From: a virus
DNA: 64,000 bases
Strand: one strand, 5' to 3'
IMG/VR virus record: IMGVR_UViG_3300005583_000002
Span: 3,683 to 67,682 of that record
Notes under the pieces: model-generated
Database searches by the model: none
Told to the model about the DNA's origin: nothing
Seen by the model: only the letters and a program-made list of their open reading frames with translations
Made by a program: the position numbers and the translations under genes
In this document: piece after piece, positions 43,817 to 52,611 of the stretch
How the letters are laid out: every line of letters starts with the position of its first letter
Numbering within the stretch: position 1 is the stretch's first letter

Positions 43817-44619
43817 TGATAAAAATAACGCCTAAGGCGATCAAAGATTTTCAAACATGCGCACTGCTTTTTGATTATAGGTACAACCAAAAGCTTCCAG
43901 AAACCATCCTTAGTAGGAACGTTGTAACTGAAAGATTTGAGAATACATTAAAGAATGTAATAAATTTCTTTCTATACAAAAGACAAAGCGGTCAAACCCC
44001 ATCCTATGCTGCTGTATTAAATAGATGGGAAAAGCTTTGGTTTCCAAAAGATACTTCGGCACAAGATATCATAAACGATAAGCACGAAAGCGCTTACGGC
44101 AACATGGCTAGCCTAACATCCAAGGCTGCTGGCGTTTTACTTTCATTCTATAATTATTTTTCGGACCCAGAGCTTGTCCCAATAGGCATATCAGAGGACT
44201 ACAATCTTCCAATAGGAAAAGTCTTAATAACCGACAGCTTTGATATTATTTATATTAAAAATGGCTATACCAATGTAGTTAAATGGGTCTTCAATTACAA
44301 GGACAGCCATGAGCATTTGTATAATGTTGACTTTGTCTCGATGCAGTATGCGTATACAAAAAATAGGGACAGTAAAAACAAGAACGTTAGATATGGTTAC
44401 TTTGATATCATGTCGGCAAATCCCAAAGTTGAATATGTTGATTTTGTTCAGGAAGATGTGGACTCATTGAACTTTTGGGTAGATGAGCTTAGCTCGTGCA
44501 ACAACTTCGTACCAAGAAGAGGGTTGACTTACTACTGCAAACGATGCCCGTTTGACACACCATGTTCTAAATGGTCTAATTGGAAAAAAGATAAGGAAAA
44601 TAAAGATGACAAAAAATAA
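43816..44619 (+). CDS. PD-(D/E)xK / Cas4-RecB-like protein, catalytically divergent
   Basis: ITPKAIKDFQTC start and C-terminal YCKRCPFDTPC; canonical D-x-K motif not evident. Confidence 0.6.
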   Translation: MIKITPKAIKDFQTCALLFDYRYNQKLPETILSRNVVTERFENTLKNVINFFLYKRQSGQTPSYAAVLNRWEKLWFPKDTSAQDIINDKHESAYGNMASLTSKAAGVLLSFYNYFSDPELVPIGISEDYNLPIGKVLITDSFDIIYIKNGYTNVVKWVFNYKDSHEHLYNVDFVSMQYAYTKNRDSKNKNVRYGYFDIMSANPKVEYVDFVQEDVDSLNFWVDELSSCNNFVPRRGLTYYCKRCPFDTPCSKWSNWKKDKENKDDKK

Positions 44620-45298
44620 AAACGATAACCTATTAGATTCATTTTTAAAAGATGAAAAAATAGTTTCAATGATAGAAGAAGAAGATGTGATACTAGCTCC
44701 TTTATTAAAGGAAATTTCCTTTATATCTAATGATGGATTAAAGTCTTTTGTAAGATCAATATTAGTCAGAGCAGATTCTTTTTGGAAAATACCATCATCT
44801 TTCTCTGGAAAATATCATCCACCAGATGAGCATGGCGAGGGCGGTAATGCTCTCCATACAAAGAGAGTGGTTAGGGCAGCAAAGATGCTTTGCCAGTCTC
44901 ATAGTATGAGTGAAGAAGAATCTGATTTAATTTTTGCAGCTTGCCTTCTTCACGATGTGACTAAAGGTAAGATAGATAAAGATGGTTGGTTTTCTTACGA
45001 CAAAATGCATCCATATACCGTTGGTGAGTTTGTTAAGTACTGTCAAGAAGATGATAAAAAGTTTGCAAGCGACATCCATTCATCTACGCTGTACGTAAAC
45101 GAAGATGATGTTCAAACAATACTTAGACTTGTAAGATGCCACCTTGGCCCGTGGTCCCCCATACCGGAAACCGTACCAATAACTTACCTAGATCAAATAG
45201 TGCATGTAGCAGATAACATAGCTTCAAAGATCCACTACATATTGGATGGCGATGATATCATAGAGGGTAGATGGAAAGATCATGGAACCACTACTTAA
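44606..45298 (+). CDS. HD-domain hydrolase (YhaM-like)
   Basis: PSS.SGKYHP, GGNALHT, LLHDVTK, CHLGPW, VHVAD. Confidence 0.8.
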   Translation: MTKNKNDNLLDSFLKDEKIVSMIEEEDVILAPLLKEISFISNDGLKSFVRSILVRADSFWKIPSSFSGKYHPPDEHGEGGNALHTKRVVRAAKMLCQSHSMSEEESDLIFAACLLHDVTKGKIDKDGWFSYDKMHPYTVGEFVKYCQEDDKKFASDIHSSTLYVNEDDVQTILRLVRCHLGPWSPIPETVPITYLDQIVHVADNIASKIHYILDGDDIIEGRWKDHGTTT

Positions 45299-45455
45299 TA
45301 GAATAAATAAAAGAAACTTTCTAGTATCAAATTTAGAAAGCTACATCCAAGAATCTGTTTACTATAGAAGTTATTCGTTTGAGCTCAATAACAAAAATAA
45401 AAAAACAATAATCTATAACTTTGTAAATAATTCTGGTAAAGGTAAAATACAGTGA
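45282..45455 (+). CDS. Small hypothetical protein (57 aa)
   Basis: Translated by hand: MEPLLNRINKRNFLVSNLESY...; fills the gap with GTGA coupling to the primase. Confidence 0.5.
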   Translation: MEPLLNRINKRNFLVSNLESYIQESVYYRSYSFELNNKNKKTIIYNFVNNSGKGKIQ

Positions 45456-46654
45456 GACCAACTACTGATGAGAAAAAGTTTTTAAAAGACTGGAAATTTG
45501 TTGAGGTAGCTAGATACGTTGATTCTTTGTCTAAGGTTATCAGAGAAAAAGATGGCGACGACCCACTGCTAATACCTTTTGACCAAGTTGAAAAGTATTC
45601 AGACAAACATAACAATGTTGGCGTGTACACTTCTGTTTGGCTTTACAATAATAAAGATATCAATAAGGCAACTAGATATTCTAATCTATATTTTGATTTA
45701 GATAACTCAGATATATCTATAGCGTATGAAGAAACCCTAAAGTTAGTAAGCATACTAAAAAATAAAATTCCAGAAGAAGCTATAAAGATATATTTTACTG
45801 GTAAAAAGGGGTTTCATATTGAATGTGAGGGTTCAGCTTTAGGTATAACTCCGTCTAATGATCTCCATGTTCTATTTAGGTTTGTTGCTTCAGACATAAG
45901 ATCTTCCTATAATATAACAAGCTTAGACCTAAGCGTATATGACGCTAGAAGAATGTGGAGATTGCCTGGCAGCAAACACCAGAGCACTGGCTTGTACAAG
46001 ACGCTTTTAACTATAGATGAATTTAACAGTGGTTTAGAAACTATCTTTTTAATTAGCAGAAACTTTAAGTCTAGCGAATATCAAGATGTGGACTTTGATT
46101 ATAAATCGAATGAATGGTATAGGGAATATTCCTATAAAATGGAAGCAGATAAAGAGAGAAGTAAAGATTACCTTTCCTATTTCAATAAGCATGGGTCTAA
46201 AGGCTTAAAGCAAATAGATGATTCACCAAAAGTATTTTCTCCACATGTTCTATTTAAAAACTGCCCAGCAATAAAAAGAATATATCAAGAAGCTAAAGAA
46301 AAACATGACATAGATCATGAATCAAGACTGTTTCTGTGCTCAATTTTAACATACACAGATGATGCCATTGAGCTTCTACATGAAATACTAAGTCACTGTA
46401 GCGACTATAACGTACAAAAATCTACATCTCATATAAATGATTGGATAAAAAGAAGAGAAATTGGGATAGGAGGCAGACCATACACTTGCGAAAGAGCAAA
46501 CTCAGTAGGCGTTGGGTGTGGCGATTGCCAACTAGAGGGAAGAAAGAAATGGGTTAAGGTTGGAGAAAAATTTGTAGAAACAAATATAAAATCTTCTCCT
46601 TCACCAATAAGATTCGCATACAAATCAACTAAAAAGGAGAAAAAAAATGAATAA
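45452..46654 (+). CDS. Archaeo-eukaryotic-type primase (PriS-like catalytic domain plus Cys-rich PriL-like domain)
   Basis: LYFDLD, YFTGKKGFHI, DLSVYDARRMWRLPGSKH, NCPAI, PYTC...CGDC. Confidence 0.8.
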   Translation: MRPTTDEKKFLKDWKFVEVARYVDSLSKVIREKDGDDPLLIPFDQVEKYSDKHNNVGVYTSVWLYNNKDINKATRYSNLYFDLDNSDISIAYEETLKLVSILKNKIPEEAIKIYFTGKKGFHIECEGSALGITPSNDLHVLFRFVASDIRSSYNITSLDLSVYDARRMWRLPGSKHQSTGLYKTLLTIDEFNSGLETIFLISRNFKSSEYQDVDFDYKSNEWYREYSYKMEADKERSKDYLSYFNKHGSKGLKQIDDSPKVFSPHVLFKNCPAIKRIYQEAKEKHDIDHESRLFLCSILTYTDDAIELLHEILSHCSDYNVQKSTSHINDWIKRREIGIGGRPYTCERANSVGVGCGDCQLEGRKKWVKVGEKFVETNIKSSPSPIRFAYKSTKKEKKNE

Positions 46655-46856
46655 TATAAATAATCCAGATGATGTTATCGGCGTATGTTCTGAATGTAAT
46701 TCAGATCAACCTATGAGCTATATGGAAAAAAGCCCATTTGCTCAAGCGGGGCAGCCAGTACCATGCAAGTTCTGTGGCGGTATAGTTTTGATTACATACA
46801 GAGAAACTAGAAACAACACAATAGATAGCAGCAATAAAGGTAGAGGCATAAACTAA
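46647..46856 (+). CDS. Small zinc-ribbon protein
   Basis: CSEC...CKFCGG. Confidence 0.65.
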   Translation: MNNINNPDDVIGVCSECNSDQPMSYMEKSPFAQAGQPVPCKFCGGIVLITYRETRNNTIDSSNKGRGIN

Positions 46857-46859
46857 TTA

Positions 46860-49800
46860 ATGAAGAATTGGACAAACCTACATAACCACACTGTTTTCTC
46901 TATGCTAGATGGGCATGGAGACGTAGAGGAATACCTAACTAGAGCCAAGGATCTTGGCATGTTGGGCTTAGCTACCACGGATCACGGTAACATACACTCG
47001 TGGTTAGACTTCTACGATGCTGGTATGGCATGTGGTGTAAAGCCAATACTTGGTTCCGAAATGTACCAGGCTAGAAAAAGTAGGTTTGATAGAGATGAAG
47101 AGGAAAGATCCGGCCCATCAAAAAATGAATGGGAACAAAGAGGGCCATACCATATAACTATATTGGCAAAGAATAATATTGGTTACCACAACATAATAAA
47201 GATGTCATCTAAGGCTTTTACCGAAGGCTACTATGTCAAACCAAGAGTCGATCATGACTTAATATCACAACACTCCGAAGGAATAATAGTTTTGTCTGGG
47301 TGTCTTAACGGAGAGGTTTCGCAGGCCCTTCTTAGAAAGGACTATAAAACAGCCCTGAACCACGCAGCAAAGATGCAGCAGATTGTTGGTAAGGAAAACT
47401 ATTTTATTGAAATACAAAACCATGGCATAGCAGAGCAGCTTGCGATCATACCAGATTTAATTAAAGTAGCTAACCATATAGGCGCAAAGATTATCCCATC
47501 TGGCGACTGTCACTACGTACACCAGCGTGACGCCCACGCCCACGACATAATGCTTTGTGTTGCAACAAACTCAAACATTCATACTCCGGATAGATTTTCT
47601 TTTTCTGGAGATCATTTTTACCTGCAGTCTTATGATCAAATGTCTTCTGTCTTTTCTAAAGACCAACTAAAAAATACCATGCACGTGTATGACATGATAG
47701 ATCTTAAGTTAGATTTTGGCGATATACATTTTCCTAATTTTCCAATACCGACAAAAGAAACGTCTACAGAATACTTTGAAAGACTAGCATGGGATGGCCT
47801 AAGAGAAAAGTATGGACAAAACTTACCACAAAATATAGTCGATAGAGCAGAACATGAAATCAAGGTAGTAAAAGAAATGGGCTTTCCAGAATACTTTTTG
47901 GTTGTTTCCGATCTTGTACGCTGGGCCAAGTCTAATGACATAACAGTTGGCTGGGGAAGAGGTTCAGCAGCAGGGAGTATTCTGTCCTATGCTTTTGGTA
48001 TAACTAACTTAGACCCAATTAAGTTTGGCCTATTGTTTGAAAGATTTCTTGTAGAAGGAAGAAAGTCGATGCCAGACATTGACTTAGATTTTGATGATAG
48101 ACATAGAGACAAGGTTATAGAATACGCAAGACAAAAATACGGAGAAGATAAAGTAGCCCACATATGCACCTTCAACAGAACGGGAGCAAAGCAATCTATT
48201 CGAGATGCAGCCAGAGCTCTTGGTCTCGATTATGCAAGTGGAGACAGAATAGCAAAGCTAGTACCTCCGCCGGTATTGGGTGTTTCAAAAAACCTAAAAG
48301 ATTGTATGCAAGTTACAGAATTTAGTGCAGCCTATAACACAGAAGAAAACAGTAAGCTAATCATAGATACGGCATTTGGTTTAGAGGGCGTAGTTAGACA
48401 AACCGGAATCCACGCTGCAGGTATAGTTATATCTAAAGAGCCATTGATAGAGTACCTCCCAGTTATGAAAAAAGGAGCGGACAACCCGCTAGTAACACAA
48501 TGGGACATGGGCAGAGTCGAACAATGTGGTCTGTTAAAAATAGACTTTCTTGGTTTAAGAAACCTTGGAGTGATAGATCAATGCATAAAGATTGTAGAAA
48601 AAAGAACAAACAAAAAAATCATACTTGATGACATACCATTAGACGATGAAAGCACCTACAGAGAACTATGCAAGGGAAATGCTATGGGTGTTTTCCAACT
48701 AGAGTCTGCAGGTATGCGCGAGCTGATGATACAAATGCAGCCTAGATCAATTCAAGACATCATGGCTTTGATATCCCTCTATAGACCAGGCCCAATGGGT
48801 TCGGGTATGGATAAGCTTTATATCGATAGAAAAAATGGTAAGGCTAAGATATCTTATGTGCATGAAAAGATGGAAGATGCATTGGGTTCGTCGTTAGGCA
48901 TTATGCTTTACCAAGAAGATGTTCTAGCAGTAGCGCGCAGTCTTGCAGGCTTCTCGGCTAGTGAAGCCGATGACTTAAGAAAAGTAATTGGTAAGAAGCA
49001 GATGGATAAGATAGCAAAGATAAGAAAAAGTTTTGTTACAGGATGTATTAACAATTCTGGTTTGACGAAGTCAATCGCAGATAAAATATTTTCTGACATT
49101 GAGTTCTTTGGTGGCTATGGTTTCAACAGAGCTCACGCAGCAAGTTACGCAATGATATCTTACGTAACGGCATACTTAAAGACCCATTACACAGCTGAAT
49201 ACATGGCAGCTTTAATAACTTCAGTAGCTGGCAACAAAGAAAAACTATTTTTATACCTAAACGACTGCAGAAAATTAAATATAAATGTTCTTCCTCCATC
49301 AATTAATAAATCTGGTGTAGACTTTGAGGTTGAGGATGATAATAATATTCTATTTGGTTTAGGTTCAGTTAGTGGCATCGGTGCTTCAATAGCAGAATCA
49401 ATAATACTAAAAAGAGATACTAAAAAACCATATGTTAGTATGTACGATTTTTTTAGAAGATGCGATCCAACTGTATTAAAAAAGTCTACCTTAGAACATC
49501 TATCGTACGCTGGCGCTTTGGATGAATTGATTCCAGAAATGGAAGATGAAGATTTAAATAGATCAGTTGAGCTTTCTATTTTAGAAAAAGAAAAAGAAGA
49601 GCTAGGAATCTATGTTACAAAGCACCCCCTAGAGGGGACTTGGGACAAGATGAAACCAAACATAGACGTTGAACTAATCCAAATACCCGAGTGCGTAACC
49701 AACAGTTACCTAAAGGTTGGAGGAATCATTACCGCTTCTAAAAAAATAATAACCAAAAAAGGTGCAAGAATGTTTAAGTTTAACATCGAGGACCCAACTG

Positions 49801-50174
49801 GTGAGTTAGAAATAATAGTATTTCCCAAAGACGCCAAAAATTATTCAGATGATTTTTTTAAAGTAGGCGAAATAGTTTATATATCTGGGGCACTAAATAG
49901 GGAAACCGATGATGAGAATTCAAGCTATAGGCTTTTTCTTTCCAACATAGAAAAGATAGATCATGCCACATTATTTAGTGGGAAAGCCATCTATCTAGAA
50001 ATAAATAGTTTAAATTCAGAAAAAATACAACAGATTTGTGATATAATAAATGCGCACAATGGTAATAAACAGGTTTATCTTAAGGTAAAGAATAATTTAG
50101 GGACTTTTGTTTATCGTTTTAATAAAACAACAAACAGAAAAGCAGAAGCCTTATTTGACACAATCATACTATAA
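46860..50174 (+). CDS. dnaE: DNA polymerase III alpha subunit
   Basis: PHP LHNHTVFSMLDG, TDHG; GRGSAAGS; MPDIDLDF; KIDFLGL; YGFNRAHA; OB fold. Confidence 0.96.
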   Translation: MKNWTNLHNHTVFSMLDGHGDVEEYLTRAKDLGMLGLATTDHGNIHSWLDFYDAGMACGVKPILGSEMYQARKSRFDRDEEERSGPSKNEWEQRGPYHITILAKNNIGYHNIIKMSSKAFTEGYYVKPRVDHDLISQHSEGIIVLSGCLNGEVSQALLRKDYKTALNHAAKMQQIVGKENYFIEIQNHGIAEQLAIIPDLIKVANHIGAKIIPSGDCHYVHQRDAHAHDIMLCVATNSNIHTPDRFSFSGDHFYLQSYDQMSSVFSKDQLKNTMHVYDMIDLKLDFGDIHFPNFPIPTKETSTEYFERLAWDGLREKYGQNLPQNIVDRAEHEIKVVKEMGFPEYFLVVSDLVRWAKSNDITVGWGRGSAAGSILSYAFGITNLDPIKFGLLFERFLVEGRKSMPDIDLDFDDRHRDKVIEYARQKYGEDKVAHICTFNRTGAKQSIRDAARALGLDYASGDRIAKLVPPPVLGVSKNLKDCMQVTEFSAAYNTEENSKLIIDTAFGLEGVVRQTGIHAAGIVISKEPLIEYLPVMKKGADNPLVTQWDMGRVEQCGLLKIDFLGLRNLGVIDQCIKIVEKRTNKKIILDDIPLDDESTYRELCKGNAMGVFQLESAGMRELMIQMQPRSIQDIMALISLYRPGPMGSGMDKLYIDRKNGKAKISYVHEKMEDALGSSLGIMLYQEDVLAVARSLAGFSASEADDLRKVIGKKQMDKIAKIRKSFVTGCINNSGLTKSIADKIFSDIEFFGGYGFNRAHAASYAMISYVTAYLKTHYTAEYMAALITSVAGNKEKLFLYLNDCRKLNINVLPPSINKSGVDFEVEDDNNILFGLGSVSGIGASIAESIILKRDTKKPYVSMYDFFRRCDPTVLKKSTLEHLSYAGALDELIPEMEDEDLNRSVELSILEKEKEELGIYVTKHPLEGTWDKMKPNIDVELIQIPECVTNSYLKVGGIITASKKIITKKGARMFKFNIEDPTGELEIIVFPKDAKNYSDDFFKVGEIVYISGALNRETDDENSSYRLFLSNIEKIDHATLFSGKAIYLEINSLNSEKIQQICDIINAHNGNKQVYLKVKNNLGTFVYRFNKTTNRKAEALFDTIIL

Positions 50175-50185
50175 ATAGGAGAGTT

Positions 50186-50551
50186 ATGGCAGCAGTAGGT
50201 AGTTTTCAGAATCCAACAGAAAAAGATTGTTGGAAGTATTGTCATTCTTGTGGCAGATGCGAAAATAAAGAACGCTATACAAAGTGCAACGGATGCAGCG
50301 GAAGATACGACCCGCAGGGCATGATAGAGCCGTGTCAGGATGACTTTTGCGACTGCAGAAACGGGATATTAAGATGGAAAACCCAGCAGGGAAGATTGGT
50401 AATCACCAGATTTAAATCGAACCCTTACGCAGGCACGGTAAAGATAGAGAAAAAATCAGAAGACGAAAGAGATTGGGACTCTTATGTTAAAGATATGAGA
50501 AATAAAATGGGTGATCCAAACTGGAACCCTATAACTATAGTAGGAGACTAA
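50186..50551 (+). CDS. Cys-rich (zinc-binding) hypothetical protein
   Basis: CWKYCHSCGRC, CNGC, CQDDFCDC. Confidence 0.6.
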   Translation: MAAVGSFQNPTEKDCWKYCHSCGRCENKERYTKCNGCSGRYDPQGMIEPCQDDFCDCRNGILRWKTQQGRLVITRFKSNPYAGTVKIEKKSEDERDWDSYVKDMRNKMGDPNWNPITIVGD

Positions 50552-50555
50552 TTTT

Positions 50556-50789
50556 ATGTTAAGAGCAGAAGTAGGCAGAATGTACATGGGCAATATAGTT
50601 CTCGTGGAGTATGAGTCAATTGATGAAGAAAGCCCTTTATTTTTTATACAGTCTGGTTTAGCGGGATTTAACGCAACTAAAGAAGAGCTTGAGCACCTAT
50701 ACGGTGTGCTTAACTACTGGTTTAATATGGACTCTATAATGAATTGTGTTATCCAAACCAATTCCGTAGACGAGGAAGAGCAGCAATGA
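50556..50789 (+). CDS. Hypothetical protein
   Basis: 77-aa ORF with AGGAG RBS. Confidence 0.55.
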   Translation: MLRAEVGRMYMGNIVLVEYESIDEESPLFFIQSGLAGFNATKEELEHLYGVLNYWFNMDSIMNCVIQTNSVDEEEQQ

Positions 50790-50953
50790 AGAAAGAAAAC
50801 TATGACGAAATGGAGCTAGGTGAAACCGGCTGGGTACCAATGCCTAATGGCACCTATAGAAACATTTACAATAATCATTATATCGATGAGCTCGGAAGAG
50901 AGTTCGATGAACACGGAACTTTAATATTTTCCCCTGACAATCTAAAGGAATAA
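50786..50953 (+). CDS. Hypothetical protein
   Basis: ATGA coupling; MKKENYDEMELGETGWVP. Confidence 0.5.
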   Translation: MKKENYDEMELGETGWVPMPNGTYRNIYNNHYIDELGREFDEHGTLIFSPDNLKE

Positions 50954-51760
50954 ATGATAAACATAAAATCGGTAGCAGATCTTTCTGATTTGGAAAGAAT
51001 GTCCTTGATGGATCTATCCTACTCTAGGATTGACACATATAAGATGTGCCCAGCAAAGTATTTCTATGGGTACATACAGAAGGAGCCTAGATTATTTGGA
51101 GAGGCAGCCGTACTAGGCAATATAGTCCACTCGGTGTTAGAGGACAATCTTTCTAACGAAAAAGATCTAGACATAGAAAGTCTTTTTAATTCTTATGAAC
51201 AAAAGAAGTCTGAGTGGGATCCTAATTCTATTATTAACTCTGAGCTTATATCTGTTGGCAAAGAGATATTAAACGAATTCTACGATAGACATTCCGGTGA
51301 GACCCTACATATTAAACATAAAGAAATGGGTTTTAACTTTATTGTAGGCCCATTTAATGTTAATGGCTTCATAGATAGAGTCGATGAATACGACGACAGA
51401 ATCGAGATTATAGATTATAAAACGGGTAAGTGGGAAGTATCGCAGAAATCGATTAAAGACAACCTACAACTCGGCATATACGCTCTGGCAGCCAAGCTAG
51501 CGTACCCTGACAAGCAGATCTATGCGGAGCTTTATTACCTAAGATCAGGTAAGCGCAAGGGCCATTTGTTTACTGACGAAGATATTCAAGCTGCCTACGA
51601 TAACCTTATCGAACAGGGTAACAAGATAAGAAATGACATAAGCTTCCCTACCACGTCGAATGAAAGAGTCTGTTCTTTCTGCGACCATGCAAAGTCCGGT
51701 GTTTGTGCAACCGGAGTTATGCGCAACAAAAAAGCCCAGAGCCGAAAGGCCCTGGGCTAA
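50954..51760 (+). CDS. RecB/Cas4-like PD-(D/E)xK exonuclease
   Basis: SYSRIDTYKMCP, GNIVH, GFIDRVD, IIDYKTG, QLGIYALA, CSFCDH...C. Confidence 0.88.
   Translation: MINIKSVADLSDLERMSLMDLSYSRIDTYKMCPAKYFYGYIQKEPRLFGEAAVLGNIVHSVLEDNLSNEKDLDIESLFNSYEQKKSEWDPNSIINSELISVGKEILNEFYDRHSGETLHIKHKEMGFNFIVGPFNVNGFIDRVDEYDDRIEIIDYKTGKWEVSQKSIKDNLQLGIYALAAKLAYPDKQIYAELYYLRSGKRKGHLFTDEDIQAAYDNLIEQGNKIRNDISFPTTSNERVCSFCDHAKSGVCATGVMRNKKAQSRKALG
51728..51758 (-). terminator. Intrinsic terminator for the minus-strand gene
   Basis: Minus strand AGCCCAGGGCC-TTTC-GGCTCTGGGCT-TTTTT; the single mismatch is a G-U pair only on this strand. Confidence 0.7.
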
Positions 51761-51779
51761 GTTGTTTAATTAAGTTAAA

Positions 51780-51956
51780 TTAGATACTGTAAGTTGCGTT
51801 ATTAACTGAGTCAGCTACAAGGTCGATGCCGTTGTCGCTTTCGATAACTACTTTGATTGCATCATCTGTGCTGTAACCGAGCAGTTCGAGAGTCTTCACT
51901 GCCGAGCTCTGCATATCAGCTACAAAATTATTAACTAATAAGTTTAATGTTGTCAT
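51780..51956 (-). CDS. 58-aa protein, RuvA-domain-III/UBA-like helical motif
   Basis: Translated by hand: MTTLNLLVNNFVADMQSSAVKTLELLGYSTDDAIKVVIESDNGIDLVADSVNNATYSI; AGGA RBS; own terminator. Confidence 0.65.
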   Translation of the reverse strand: MTTLNLLVNNFVADMQSSAVKTLELLGYSTDDAIKVVIESDNGIDLVADSVNNATYSI

Positions 51957-51983
51957 TTTATTTTCCTATTCTGAGTGGTTAAC

Positions 51984-52012
51984 TTGTATTTTATTTAAAA
52001 GTATTATATAAT
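51984..52012 (+). promoter_or_regulatory. Sigma70-type promoter TTGTAT-N17-TATAAT
   Basis: Near-consensus hexamers with 17-nt spacer upstream of 52044. Confidence 0.55.
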
Positions 52013-52043
52013 AGGTATAACTAACAAGCAGTAAGGATATCTC

Positions 52044-52610
52044 ATGAGCATCACAGTTGTCAAGCCAGACGAGTTTTTTTTGGAAAAATCTTTTCAATCA
52101 AAACATCCGAATTTTAAAGCCGCTGCTAAGAAATATTTAAATAAAAATATACCGCAAGAGGATAGTGTATCAGCCAAAGGCGGCAAAGGCAACTTGTACA
52201 GGTATACAAAAACTGGGTACAGAGAAGACATAGGAATAAACGTAAGGTCTAATTGGGAAGCAAACTTCGCAAGGCTTGCTCTTATATATAAAATAGATTT
52301 CGAATTTGAACCAAAGGTTTTTACATATCCAATTAAAAGGGGAACTAAATCTTATACTCCTGATTTTTATTTTAATAAAACTCAAGAATGGATTGAGATA
52401 AAAGGCTATCTAGATGAAAAAAGTAAAATTAAAATTAAAAGATTCAAAAGGTATTATCCAGAAGAGTTTAGTAAGTTCACGATGATCATAAGCAGGTACT
52501 CAACCGAAGCTAAAAAGTTTGTCGAAGAATTAGAAGTACCTAACGTAATCTTCTATGAAGATATCAGGGACTATTACTTTGAATTAATATACAAATGGGA
52601 AGGCAAATAA
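52044..52610 (+). CDS. PD-(D/E)xK endonuclease (resolvase-like)
   Basis: RSNWEAN, FEFEPKVF, YTPDFYF, WIEIKGY. Confidence 0.8.
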   Translation: MSITVVKPDEFFLEKSFQSKHPNFKAAAKKYLNKNIPQEDSVSAKGGKGNLYRYTKTGYREDIGINVRSNWEANFARLALIYKIDFEFEPKVFTYPIKRGTKSYTPDFYFNKTQEWIEIKGYLDEKSKIKIKRFKRYYPEEFSKFTMIISRYSTEAKKFVEELEVPNVIFYEDIRDYYFELIYKWEGK

Positions 52611-52611
52611 A

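Noticed and set aside
33976-50174. Inteins or introns in nrdJ, dnaB, dnaE
   Set aside because: Lengths are normal and no splicing or homing-endonuclease motifs are visible.
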